A stretch of 52,647 nucleotides of DNA from Candidatus Woesearchaeota archaeon (GTDB taxonomy: Archaea > Nanobdellota > Nanobdellia > Woesearchaeales > GW2011-AR4). Positions 33,901 to 42,619 of this stretch are shown here, piece by piece. The position numbers and the translations under genes were made by a program. The notes under the pieces are model-generated. The model did no database searches. It had not been told where the DNA came from and was given only the letters and a program-made list of their open reading frames with translations. The DNA lies in the NCBI GenBank assembly GCA_018303505.1, contig JAGVYA010000044.1, positions 1-52,647 on the forward strand, written 5' to 3'. Position 1 is the stretch's first letter, and the number at the start of each line of letters is the position of its first letter.

Positions 33901-35798
33901 TTTGCTTTCTCAGGCCTGCCCATTCTTGCGCCTATGAATGTTCCTGATTTGTCCCTAAGCTTTATCTGAGAATTGGAGTTTATAATATCTAGAACATCTT
34001 CAATATCAGAACTCTCGTATTGTTCATAAAAATTGTTATCATCAAGTTTCAATATATCATATAATATTTCTGCATCTTCTTTTTCTATTATTGTGAATTC
34101 ATTGTTAACAAAAATGTGAGGAACTCCCAGCAACTCTAGTACTCTTTTGCCAACTTCGTTCTTTGTTAATATGATTTTGCTGACACTGCTTCCATCAAAC
34201 TCTATTTTTGCTGATGCAAACCACTTAACAATTCCAATAAAATCATCTCTTGAGATTGTTTTCCAGTGATAAGTATAATAAGGATGCAATGGTATTTCCA
34301 GCGTCTTGCTTAATGTGGTGGCTGTTTTTGCATCCGGCCTCTCAAAAAGATATTCATTTGTTAATTTTTTAAGATAGTCTAAATCTATGTTAGTCAATTG
34401 CGACAGCTTATAATAATCCAAAGAACCAAACAATTGTACCATTGCTTTCTCAAACTCAAGTAACCACCATTCCTCACAATAGCCTGCTGGAACTAAAGTG
34501 TGCGCCCTGTTAAAAAAATCGCCGTAGCTGATTAATATATCACCCAAAAACAATATTTCCTTTATAGAGTCTTGAATTTCCTTTGCCTTTTGCTCACTAT
34601 CAATTCTGACTATGCTGTTATCATTTAATTTTACTATTGGCCCTTCTATAGAATCGCATATGGTTACGGCTGTTGCTTTTCCTGGCCTTTCAACCTTTAA
34701 TTGTGTGCCTATTGCTATGAATTTGTTAAGAATGATTAATGTCGCAGGGTGGATTGCTGATGCTGAATAGCCAGATGTCCTACATCTTCCATACCTCAAT
34801 CGAAATCCGCCAACAGCTAATGGGTGTGTTAAAACTGGTCTGCCAGCCACAAGATCCTGTATATAAGTATAAATCGGCACAATTCCTTTTGTTGCTGATT
34901 TTTCTTTTGCCTTTGTTTCTTTTTGCAATTGAACAAATTCCTGTAAAAATGACCAATGATCAAGGTTAAATTTCTGCCCCCATTTTTTAATTTGAGGCCA
35001 AATCTTGACTGCTTTTTGTGAGATGCATTCCCCTATGACCAAGCATGGCCCGCTTCTTATCCTGTTTGTCTCTATTCTATCAATATCCTTATAATTTGAG
35101 ACCTCTATCTCCTCTGATGCATCACCATCTATCTGGACTGGCATATTGCCAACAAGGAATCTTATTTCTTTTTCACTGGGTAAATACTGGAGATTTGTGA
35201 TTCTTTCATGATAGTCATAGAGTTCTGTGACCATTCTTCTTATTTCTTTTTCTGATGGGTCATAAACATCATAACCCATACTCTTGCCTATATAGTCTGC
35301 TATTATGACGCTTAAAGCTCCTGCTGTGCCGCCTGCGCTTCTTATTGGTCCTGAGTACATAAGAGAGAAATATTCTTTTCCATCAAGTCTTTTTCTGATT
35401 TTCAATCCCACAAAACCTTCTAGAGGAGACGCAACAACACCCAATGTCAAATAAGCTAATCCAACCCTTATTCCTGTTTCAATTGCTTCTTTTTGTGTTT
35501 CAAATTTGCAGAACTTTTGTTGCGTTGTTTCTAGGGATATATTAAACGCAACCCTCCAGTCCAGTTTTCCGTAAATACTCTCAAGCTCCTTAATCCTTTG
35601 GGGTATTCCTTTGCTTATTATTTGTGGAGCTGCTACGCTTACTAAACCTTCAACACGCTCAGCCATATTTTTAGCAAGTGGTATGTTCACTGTTTCTTCT
35701 GGATCATAGCCTTTTGATCTTGCTTTATTCGCTACTTTGTAGCAAAAATCAATTTTTTTTACTATGTCGTTTGTATCATTTATCATTTTAAGATCCAA
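30915..35798 (-). CDS. polC: DNA polymerase II (PolD) large subunit DP2, intein-containing
   Basis: The N-terminus ...ARSKGYDPEETVNIPLAKNMAERVEGL and the catalytic-motif halves ...HPLFHAATRRD / CDGDEASV are separated by an insert. The extein totals 1170 aa. An alternative start lies at 35786. Confidence 0.95.
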   Translation of the reverse strand: MDLKMINDTNDIVKKIDFCYKVANKARSKGYDPEETVNIPLAKNMAERVEGLVSVAAPQIISKGIPQRIKELESIYGKLDWRVAFNISLETTQQKFCKFETQKEAIETGIRVGLAYLTLGVVASPLEGFVGLKIRKRLDGKEYFSLMYSGPIRSAGGTAGALSVIIADYIGKSMGYDVYDPSEKEIRRMVTELYDYHERITNLQYLPSEKEIRFLVGNMPVQIDGDASEEIEVSNYKDIDRIETNRIRSGPCLVIGECISQKAVKIWPQIKKWGQKFNLDHWSFLQEFVQLQKETKAKEKSATKGIVPIYTYIQDLVAGRPVLTHPLAVGGFRLRYGRCRTSGYSASAIHPATLIILNKFIAIGTQLKVERPGKATAVTICDSIEGPIVKLNDNSIVRIDSEQKAKEIQDSIKEILFLGDILISYGDFFNRAHTLVPAGYCEEWWLLEFEKAMVQLFGSLDYYKLSQLTNIDLDYLKKLTNEYLFERPDAKTATTLSKTLEIPLHPYYTYHWKTISRDDFIGIVKWFASAKIEFDGSSVSKIILTKNEVGKRVLELLGVPHIFVNNEFTIIEKEDAEILYDILKLDDNNFYEQYESSDIEDVLDIINSNSQIKLRDKSGTFIGARMGRPEKAKVRKLDGNPNTLFPIGKEGGKLRSFQSALEIGNVEAEFPTYFCDNCKKETILSVCEQCDAKTKKSGYCGKCGLVDSAVCTHDKLPQYKTQKIDINYYFKNILKKLNMQQYPDLIKGVRGTSSKNHIPEHFAKGILRAKYDIYVNRDGTTRYDMTQLPITHFKPKEIGTSIEELTDMGYDKDIYGYDLTSQEQILELKPQDIILPKCEDAPELGADKILYNVSLFIDELLVSLYNLKKFYNLQSEKNLIGHLVVALAPHTSAGIVGRIIGFSKTQAFYAHPLFHAATRRDCLGYDNYISVKENGSWKIEKIGAFIENLNPNQKVDNFGTLGKEMSNIYTSSNPGQGEIVEITKHQPSKVLRLFLEDGRKIDLTESHKVYVKGKKEKRAFELQEGDQLIVSYKKNIEERDIKEIFLPEIFSDRDYIMLRNIKDYLNGFKTLSRHENYCIRDSFPIKFVKEFLAKYNKSLQDLPSSARISIKRDNVSLPIRIPLSKELLEVIGLYIAEGYIRKNVSKKGFYQLSIAGNDEIKNLVKKVFYIHFNLKPSYENSDQVVFSSRIVYELFKNYLGTGDNAKNKRIPSLFLNLKRNKITALLRGYFEGDGSVSSSDIRVTCDTVSEGLKHDLSFVLSRLGIFTKFYEYEKKPGPKVREFYIKKNKSIPSFRITKIIILSNFVKKFKQIGFISERKEKILHELCQKEPHGAYINFDENYAYPKVVKIEHIGEKISYCLNVSSEHNFFANDLLVHNCDGDEASVTLLMDALLNFSRQFLPDSRGSTQDAPLVLTSILIPTEVDDMVFDLDVVQRYPLEFYEATHQYELPWNIKIERFANILNNENQYTKIGYTHPVSDINAGVKCSSYKTLPSMEDKLKGQMELADKIRAVDAADVARLVIEKHLLRDIRGNLRKFSMQQFRCSKCTEKYRRPPLTGKCLSCGSKLMFTVSEGTIIKYLEPAISLSEKYNLPPYIRQVLELTKDRVEGLFGKEKDKQEGLNRWFG
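31665..33035 (-). mobile_element. Intein (457 aa) with LAGLIDADG homing endonuclease domain in PolD DP2
   Basis: It starts with Cys (CLGYDNYISV). Block B is TESH. LAGLIDADG motifs are LLEVIGLYIAEGYI and LLRGYFEGDGSV. It ends ...NDLLVHN and is followed by the +1 Cys of CDGDE. Confidence 0.9.
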
Positions 35799-37287
35799 AT
35801 TTTAATATTTTAATATCTCTTGTTTGTAAATTTACAATTGGGACCCTGCTAGGTTCTGGATTATGCCCCACCTTCTCCTGGAATATTGTTTTGCTTTGCC
35901 AGCAGCTCCCGCAGATTAGTGTTGTGTTTCTGTAATTTGCCGTTATAGACTTATGAATATGGCCGCTAAGAAAAAAATCCGGAACCTTTTCTATTATCAA
36001 TGGGTCTTTTTTTGTGTCCGGGATATAAAGTGTAGATAAGTGTGATGGCGCCAAGTGCCTCCTCTTCAATAAAAATTTCATGATTAAGTCTGCTCTGTCG
36101 TAGCCGCCTTGACTCCTCAATGAGTTTACTTCAGCAACAAAATAATCAAAAGAGTAGCCATGATATATCAATACATCAAAGCCCATGAAGCTGCTTGAAG
36201 AGTCAATATTAACTAATGACGGGTTTGAAACCATTATTGTGTTGTTCAGTTCGTACACTGGCTTGGCAAAATCTTTTGACAATGGTGGTTGCGGCTCTGA
36301 AATGCGCAAAGCGTCGTGATTGCCTGGGCATATAATTAATGGGATATGCTGCGGTATTTGTTTTAGCAGCTCTGCACATTCTTTGTATTGTTGGTATACA
36401 TCATTGATTACCAATTCTTTATCCTGTTCCGGGTAAATCCCGCATCCGTCTACTAAGTCGCCTGCAATAAAAATATATTCTACGTTTTTTGCTATGTGCC
36501 TTTGCTGCTCATTGCCAATGTCGCCATTTATCCACCTAAGAAATTTGTCGAAATCATCTGGCAAAAATTTTGAAGAGCCTACATGCAGGTCTGATAAAAA
36601 TAAAGCATATTTTTCCTTCTCTGCCTTTTTCAATTCCTTGTTTGTTGGAGTGTCTGGCCAGATAATGTTATTTGCAAATGTGATTGTATCAACATTAACA
36701 CCAACAACGCCAATAACCTCGTCCAAAACAATGTCCTTTGCATCATTAAACAATGAAGGCTTGTTCTTGTTTACTAAAACGCTTCTTTGCCCTGTTGGGT
36801 CCTCAAGCATAAGGAGCAAGTTGCCATTTTTGGTTACCTGCTTATTGCTGACTATTCCAATTATAGATGTATTCTCTTTTTCTTTTTTGTTTATTATTTT
36901 GTTTATAGAAACTGTATTTTTAAGTTCCTGCCTTTGTTTCAAAATTTTTTCTATTGCCTTGTATCTGTTATTAAAATAATCAACAAAGTCTTGGGGTTCC
37001 CTCTTTTTAGGATCTTCATTGTAAGAATAAACAACTTTAACTTTATGTTCTTGCTGCTCTTCTTTTGCATCCTCTGTCTTTTGTGTTTTTGTCTTACTTA
37101 TTAAGTTGTTTAGATTGGTGTTGATAATAAGCACATCATCAATTTGTTTTGATTGCAAGACATCAAATATTCTAGAAATATGCTCAAAGTCATTAATTTC
37201 CTTTAATAATTCAGAACTTATTAGAATTCCTTTCTTTAAAAATATGTCAATAATTTCACGTTTTTTTTTTATAAGTTCCTGCTCCAT
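35788..37287 (-). CDS. polB: DNA polymerase II (PolD) small subunit DP1 (exonuclease)
   Basis: Calcineurin-like phosphoesterase motifs LFLSDLHVGS, IAGDLVDG, PGNHD and SGHIH, plus an OB-like middle region. Confidence 0.9.
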   Translation of the reverse strand: MEQELIKKKREIIDIFLKKGILISSELLKEINDFEHISRIFDVLQSKQIDDVLIINTNLNNLISKTKTQKTEDAKEEQQEHKVKVVYSYNEDPKKREPQDFVDYFNNRYKAIEKILKQRQELKNTVSINKIINKKEKENTSIIGIVSNKQVTKNGNLLLMLEDPTGQRSVLVNKNKPSLFNDAKDIVLDEVIGVVGVNVDTITFANNIIWPDTPTNKELKKAEKEKYALFLSDLHVGSSKFLPDDFDKFLRWINGDIGNEQQRHIAKNVEYIFIAGDLVDGCGIYPEQDKELVINDVYQQYKECAELLKQIPQHIPLIICPGNHDALRISEPQPPLSKDFAKPVYELNNTIMVSNPSLVNIDSSSSFMGFDVLIYHGYSFDYFVAEVNSLRSQGGYDRADLIMKFLLKRRHLAPSHLSTLYIPDTKKDPLIIEKVPDFFLSGHIHKSITANYRNTTLICGSCWQSKTIFQEKVGHNPEPSRVPIVNLQTRDIKILKFGS

Positions 37288-37288
37288 T

Positions 37289-38494
37289 TTAAACGTGTAT
37301 GCTTTCTTCCAGAATTTTTTTTATAATTGGCAGTACTGTCATGGGAATTTCTATTGATATGTTTCTTGTTCTTCCATATCTGCCTTTTGAGATTACCTTT
37401 GCATTTACTATCCCAAGCATGTCAAATTCTGATATTATGTCAGATATTCTTCTTTGTGTTAAGGTGCTTGTATTTGTTTTGCTGCACAATGATTTATATA
37501 CTTCATATACCTCGCCTGTGAATATGTTGTTGCTTCTGCTTGGCTGAAGAGATAGTATTGAGTAAAGCACAAGATGATATTGTTTTGGTTGGGTTGTGAT
37601 TATATCTATGACCCTGTCCCTGTCTATCTTTGCTTCGGCCTCATCAATATGCTCTGTTGTAATTTTTTTAGAATTTTTCCTGTCAGCAATTTCACCAGCA
37701 ACCCTTAAGAACTCCAAGGCTCGCCTGGCGTCACCATGGTCGCGGGCAGCGTATGCTGCACATTTCTCAATAACACCCTGGCTCAAAACATCTTTATTGA
37801 ATGCTGTCTCGGCCCTTTGCTTCAGAATAGATTGGATCTGCAAAGCATTGTATGGTGGAAAAATAATTTCTTCTTCAGAAAGAGATGACCTTACCCTCGG
37901 GTCAAGATTATCAACAAACATTATATCGTTTGATATCCCAATTAGTGATATTTGTGATTCTGTGCTCTCGTTTATCCTTGTTAGGTTGTAAAGTGCATTA
38001 TCACCGGTTTTGTTGACTAATTGGTCAATTTCATCTAAGATTATGATGTAGTTTTGTTTTTGTTTGTTCAGTGCGCTTAGAAATGCCTTGTACACTTCTT
38101 CTGTTGGCAAGCCTGTTGGTGGTATTGATTTTCCTAGTTCTGTTGCTAATTGGGCAATTAACCTATATTCTGTATCTGCGCTTCTTTTTAACTTACAATT
38201 GATATACAATATTTTTAAGGGTATGTTTTCTCTTGTAGATACTCGCATTAACTTTTGTGCTGTGTATTTAGTGGTTAGTGTTTTTCCTGTTCCGGTCTTT
38301 CCGTAAATAAATATGTTGGATGGTTTATCTCCTTTTAAGGATGGGGCGAGAATAGTAGCGATTTGTTTGGTTTGTTCTTCCCTGTGAAGGATTGTTTCTG
38401 GGATATAAGAAGATTGAAGTGCTCTTTTATCAAAAAAAACACTTTCTTTGTTCAAAAATACCTCAAAAAACGTTTCCAACCCCTTTTCAATCAT
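37289..38494 (-). CDS. cdc6: Orc1/Cdc6 replication initiator
   Basis: Walker A IYGKTGTGKT, Walker B IIILDEID and a C-terminal winged helix (...ISKGRYGRTRNI). Confidence 0.95.
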   Translation of the reverse strand: MIEKGLETFFEVFLNKESVFFDKRALQSSYIPETILHREEQTKQIATILAPSLKGDKPSNIFIYGKTGTGKTLTTKYTAQKLMRVSTRENIPLKILYINCKLKRSADTEYRLIAQLATELGKSIPPTGLPTEEVYKAFLSALNKQKQNYIIILDEIDQLVNKTGDNALYNLTRINESTESQISLIGISNDIMFVDNLDPRVRSSLSEEEIIFPPYNALQIQSILKQRAETAFNKDVLSQGVIEKCAAYAARDHGDARRALEFLRVAGEIADRKNSKKITTEHIDEAEAKIDRDRVIDIITTQPKQYHLVLYSILSLQPSRSNNIFTGEVYEVYKSLCSKTNTSTLTQRRISDIISEFDMLGIVNAKVISKGRYGRTRNISIEIPMTVLPIIKKILEESIHV

Positions 38495-38771
38495 AAATTT
38501 CCAAACGAAATATAGGTATATAAATATTTTCTTTATTCATGCTACCCCTTTGTTTCGTGTGGAGGTGTATGTGTTTTGTTTTTTGTTTATTAAATTATAT
38601 TATTTTCTATATAGAAAATAATATAATATAGGGTATAATATAACAAACAACAAATAAAAAATTCCAACAGAAGTTGTGGGGTTGGTGTTTTAAATTTATC
38701 ACTATATAATAATAAAAAACAAAATATTTATAAACAAAACAACCCCACCAAAACAAATACTCACATTAAAG
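38495..38771. promoter_or_regulatory. Candidate replication origin (oriC): ORB-like boxes flanking an AT-rich palindrome
   Basis: Minus-strand box tccacacgaaacaaagggg (38545-38563). Plus-strand boxes tccaacagaagttgtgggg (38663-38681) and tccaaacgaaatatagg (38500-38516). A perfect 34-bp palindrome lies at 38594-38627. The region is adjacent to cdc6. Confidence 0.55.
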
Positions 38772-39098
38772 GTGGAAAAAAAACTTAAAAATTTGGGTTT
38801 GAATAGTTACGAAGTAAAAATCTGGACAGCTCTTACTAATGCAGAGAAGATAAAAGTATGTTTAATCGGAAAATATTTTGCACACAATATTTTAAAAATC
38901 CCAAATACAGATGGATTAGATATTTCACAACTCAGCAATGAGCTAGCTATTCCTAGCACTACACTATCTAAACCATTAGGAAATATTGTTAAAGAAAGGA
39001 AAATAACAAAGGTAGGTGGTAAATACAGAATAATCTATTATGAGATAGAAAATATATTAAATGAGTTAAATTTGAAATATAAAACAAACAACCAATAA
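38772..39098 (+). CDS. Small winged-HTH protein, TrmB-like N-terminus
   Basis: LGLNSYEVKIWTAL resembles the TrmB-family LGLSEYEAKVY motif. ...ISQLSNELAIPSTTLSKPL is a plausible recognition helix. The start codon is GTG or TTG. Confidence 0.4.
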   Translation: MEKKLKNLGLNSYEVKIWTALTNAEKIKVCLIGKYFAHNILKIPNTDGLDISQLSNELAIPSTTLSKPLGNIVKERKITKVGGKYRIIYYEIENILNELNLKYKTNNQ

Positions 39099-39139
39099 AA
39101 TAATCATTAATAATACAATACAAATTTTCTACCACAACC

Positions 39140-39147
39140 TTTATAAA
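39140..39147 (+). promoter_or_regulatory. TATA box of the ribosomal protein operon
   Basis: cctttataaatc lies about 195 nt upstream of the rpl3 ATG and implies a long structured leader. Confidence 0.4.
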
Positions 39148-39339
39148 TCTCCCAATGTTCCTCTAGCTCGCAATTCATATGTGTTTAATTAATTAAACAC
39201 AAAGCGTAAGCAAGCCTGAAAAGACTGCCTTTTCAGTACAGTTAACTAAACTGTTTTCTACAAAGGCTATCAATAAAAGGCTTATTTTGCAATCAAGAAA
39301 TAATAGATGTATTAGTCTGTGAGGTGGTAGAACTAACAA

Positions 39340-40341
39340 ATGCCAAGAACAAGACAACCAAGAGCAGGAAGCATGCAGTTTTGGCCAAGAGTAAGAAGCA
39401 GACACAGTTATGCAAGAATAAGAAAATGGCCAGCGAGCAAAGAAACAAAACTCCTTGGGTTCGCAGGCTACAAGGTTGGCATGACTCATCTTCTGATTGA
39501 AGACAACCGCGCTAACTCTTTATCAAAAGGGGCAGAGATTTTCTGTCCAGTTACAATTGTCGAGTGCCCGCCGCTCAAGACCGCTTCTATAAGACTTTAC
39601 AAAAACACACAATATGGCTTAAAACTAGTTTCTGAATTATTTGCAGAGTCTTTTGATAAGGAACTTGAAAGAAAAAACATAAACCAAAAAAAGAAAAAAG
39701 AACAAAACAACAGCGAAATAAAACAAGCATTCCACTCAATTGATTTTGATTTTGCAAGATTGTTGTGTTACACACAACCAAAACTAACAGGCATTGGAAA
39801 AAAGAAGCCGGAAATTTTTGAAGTTGCAATTGGCGGGGATAAAAAACAGCAATTGGATTATGCAAAAGAAAAATTAGGTAAGGAAATAAACATAAGCGAG
39901 GTTTTTAAGGAAGGGTATATAATAGATACGCATTCTTTAACAAAGGGAAAAGGATTCCAAGGCCCAATGAAAAGATTTGGGATACAATTAAGGCACCATA
40001 AGTCAGAGAAGAGCAGGAGAAATCCTGGCACCCTAGGCCCATGGAGGGGGCAAGGTCATGTGATGTGGAGAGTAGCGCATGCAGGAAAAATGGGATATCA
40101 CTTAAGAACAGAATATAATAAGTGGATTGTCAAGATTGGAAATAAATCTGACGAAATAAGCACAAAAGGCGGATTTTTGAATTATGGCGTTGTTAAAAAT
40201 CCCTACATCCTCCTTAAAGGCTCTGTTTCTGGAGCTCAAAAAAGATTGATTAGGTTTACAGATGCAATTAGACCAAAAAAGAACGTTCCAGAAGCACCAC
40301 AAATAACCTACATAAGTGCAGAATCAAAACAGGGAAGATAA
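39340..40341 (+). CDS. rpl3: 50S ribosomal protein L3 (uL3)
   Basis: MPRTRQPRAGSMQFWPRVRS..., FKEGYIIDTHSLTKGKGFQGPMKRFG. It is the first gene of the conserved L3-L4-L23-L2 order. Confidence 0.95.
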   Translation: MPRTRQPRAGSMQFWPRVRSRHSYARIRKWPASKETKLLGFAGYKVGMTHLLIEDNRANSLSKGAEIFCPVTIVECPPLKTASIRLYKNTQYGLKLVSELFAESFDKELERKNINQKKKKEQNNSEIKQAFHSIDFDFARLLCYTQPKLTGIGKKKPEIFEVAIGGDKKQQLDYAKEKLGKEINISEVFKEGYIIDTHSLTKGKGFQGPMKRFGIQLRHHKSEKSRRNPGTLGPWRGQGHVMWRVAHAGKMGYHLRTEYNKWIVKIGNKSDEISTKGGFLNYGVVKNPYILLKGSVSGAQKRLIRFTDAIRPKKNVPEAPQITYISAESKQGR

Positions 40342-40427
40342 AATATCAAAAATTTTTAACACTTTTTAAATCACCCGATATTTTAATACAATAAAACAAA
40401 AATGCAAATTTAATGGAGATTTTGGCA

Positions 40428-41234
40428 ATGAAAGCAGCTATTTTAGACTCAACAAACAATAAGATCGGGGAAATCAAATTACCATCACAATTCGAAGAAG
40501 AATACAGGCCGGATTTAATACACAGGGCAGTGTTAGCCATTCAAAGCCATAAAAGGCAGGGCTATGCTGCAAGCGAAACAGCAGGAAAAAGAGCATCTGC
40601 CAAATTATCAAGAAGAAGAAGAGATTACAGAGGATCATACGGGATTGGGATTTCAAGAGTTCCAAGAAAAATAATGACAAGAAGGGGGATGAGAATGAAT
40701 TGGGTTGGGGCGTTTGCTCCAGGCACTGTTGGCGGAAGAAGGGCGCACCCGCCAAAATCAGAAAAAATATGGCGGAAAAAAATAAACAAGAAAGAAAATA
40801 TAAAAGCCATAAGAAGCGCAATAGCAGCCACAATCATGAAAGATGTTGTAGCAGAAAGAGGACACATAATACCCGACAACTACCCTTTTGTTTTAGATGA
40901 TAAATTTGAACTAATAAACAAAACAAAGGATGTTATTGAGACATTCAAGAGACTAGGCTTGGAAAATGAGCTGGCAAGAGTAAAAGAAAAAAAGATAAGA
41001 GCTGGAAAAGGCAAGGCAAGGGGAAGAAAATACAGAAAAAAGAAAGGCCCTTTGATTGTTGTGTCAAAAGTTGACAAATTAAGCAGAGCAATTGAAAATA
41101 TACCTGGAATTGATGTTGTTGAGGTAAAGAGTTTAAACGCAGAATTGCTTGCGCCAGGAGCAAAGGCTGGCAGATTGGTTTTGTGGACAATTGCTGCTAT
41201 CAATATCTTGGAAAAGGAGAATTTATTCAAATAA
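40428..41234 (+). CDS. rpl4: 50S ribosomal protein L4 (uL4)
   Basis: MKAAILDSTNNKIGEIKLPSQFEEEYRPDLIHRAV..., GGRRAHPPK, KIRAGKGKARGRKY. Confidence 0.95.
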   Translation: MKAAILDSTNNKIGEIKLPSQFEEEYRPDLIHRAVLAIQSHKRQGYAASETAGKRASAKLSRRRRDYRGSYGIGISRVPRKIMTRRGMRMNWVGAFAPGTVGGRRAHPPKSEKIWRKKINKKENIKAIRSAIAATIMKDVVAERGHIIPDNYPFVLDDKFELINKTKDVIETFKRLGLENELARVKEKKIRAGKGKARGRKYRKKKGPLIVVSKVDKLSRAIENIPGIDVVEVKSLNAELLAPGAKAGRLVLWTIAAINILEKENLFK

Positions 41235-41235
41235 A

Positions 41236-41496
41236 ATGGACCAGTATAAAATAATAAAATACCCATTATCGACAGAGAAATCAATAAGGTTAATGGAAGC
41301 AGAAAACAAACTAATCTTTGTTGTGAGCGAGAAAGCAACAAAAAAAGAAATAAAAAAAGCTATAGAAGACATGTTTAAAGTAGGAGTTGTTGGCGTCAAT
41401 ACATTTGTTAATGCGGATGGTCAGAAAAGGGCATATGTCAAATTTTCTGCGAAGAATCCTGCTATTGACATTGCAACTCAGATGGGTTTAATGTAA
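41236..41496 (+). CDS. rpl23: 50S ribosomal protein L23 (uL23)
   Basis: MDQYKIIKYPLSTEKSIRLMEAENKLIFVV, and synteny. Confidence 0.9.
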   Translation: MDQYKIIKYPLSTEKSIRLMEAENKLIFVVSEKATKKEIKKAIEDMFKVGVVGVNTFVNADGQKRAYVKFSAKNPAIDIATQMGLM

Positions 41497-41512
41497 AAAC
41501 AAGTGATGTAAA

Positions 41513-42232
41513 ATGGGCAAGAACTTAATACAGCAGAAGAGGGGGAAAGGAAGCCCAAGGTACAGGGCGCCAAGCTTTAGGTACAAAGGAACGGCTAATT
41601 TTGCAAGATATGAAGAAGGCAAGGCAATTGCTGCCGACATCACAGATATTGTGCACTGCAGCGGTCATAGCGCACCTTTAATGGAATTAAAATATAGCAA
41701 TGGTGAAACAGGATTATTGCAAGCACCTGAAGGAATAAAAGTAGGAGATAAAATAGAGATGGGCAAGGATATTGAATTAAAATCAGGAAATATTCTGCCT
41801 TTAAAAAATATTCCAGAAGGAATGCCAATTTATAACATAGAAGCGCAACCAGGAGACGGTGGTAAATTTGTAAGAGCAAGCGGGGCTTTTGCAAAGATAA
41901 TAACAAAAATGGAGGATAGCATTATAGTTGAGTTGCCATCAAGCAAAAGAAAGATATTTTCACTGGAGTGCAGAGCAGTTATTGGCATTGTTGCTGGCTC
42001 AGGCAGGACTGAAAAGCCATTTTTAAAGGCTGGAAATAAATTTTATGCAATGAAAGCCAAGAATAAATTATGGCCCATAGTAAGCGGAACATCAATGAAT
42101 TCAGTGAGCCATCCATTTGGAGGTTCAAGCTCGCATGCAAAAGGAATCCCAACACAATCCTCAAGGAATGCACCCCCTGGAAGAAAAGTGGGTAAAATAG
42201 CACCAAAAAGAACAGGACGACATAAGAGGTAG
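41513..42232 (+). CDS. rpl2: 50S ribosomal protein L2 (uL2)
   Basis: GKNLIQQKRGKGSPRYRAPS..., NIEAQPGDGGKFVRASG, MNSVSHPFGGS. Confidence 0.95.
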   Translation: MGKNLIQQKRGKGSPRYRAPSFRYKGTANFARYEEGKAIAADITDIVHCSGHSAPLMELKYSNGETGLLQAPEGIKVGDKIEMGKDIELKSGNILPLKNIPEGMPIYNIEAQPGDGGKFVRASGAFAKIITKMEDSIIVELPSSKRKIFSLECRAVIGIVAGSGRTEKPFLKAGNKFYAMKAKNKLWPIVSGTSMNSVSHPFGGSSSHAKGIPTQSSRNAPPGRKVGKIAPKRTGRHKR

Positions 42233-42234
42233 AA

Positions 42235-42618
42235 ATGGCAAAGAAGGAATTCACTTTCAAAGGGAAAACAACCGATGAACTCAAAAATATGAGCCTGAAT
42301 GAATTGGCACAATTAATGACAGCAAGGCAGAGAAGAACGATAAAGAAAGGATTCACAGACCAGCAAAAAATCCTGCTTAAAAAATTAAGGAATAATGAAA
42401 AGAACATAGAAACGCACTGCAGAGACATGGTAATCCTGCCAGAGATGATTGGAAGAACTATAAAAGTGCACCAAGGCAAGGAATTTATTCCTGTTGTAAT
42501 AGAATCAGATATGATAGGACATTGCCTTGGAGAATTTGCATTAACAAGAAAAAAAGTTGCTCACAGCGCGCCTGGAATAGGCGCTACAAGGTCAAGCGCA
42601 AGCCTGTCTGTCAAGTAA
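42235..42618 (+). CDS. rps19: 30S ribosomal protein S19 (uS19)
   Basis: IGRTIKVHQGKEFIPVVIESDMIGHCLGEFALTRK. Confidence 0.95.
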   Translation: MAKKEFTFKGKTTDELKNMSLNELAQLMTARQRRTIKKGFTDQQKILLKKLRNNEKNIETHCRDMVILPEMIGRTIKVHQGKEFIPVVIESDMIGHCLGEFALTRKKVAHSAPGIGATRSSASLSVK

Positions 42619-42619
42619 A

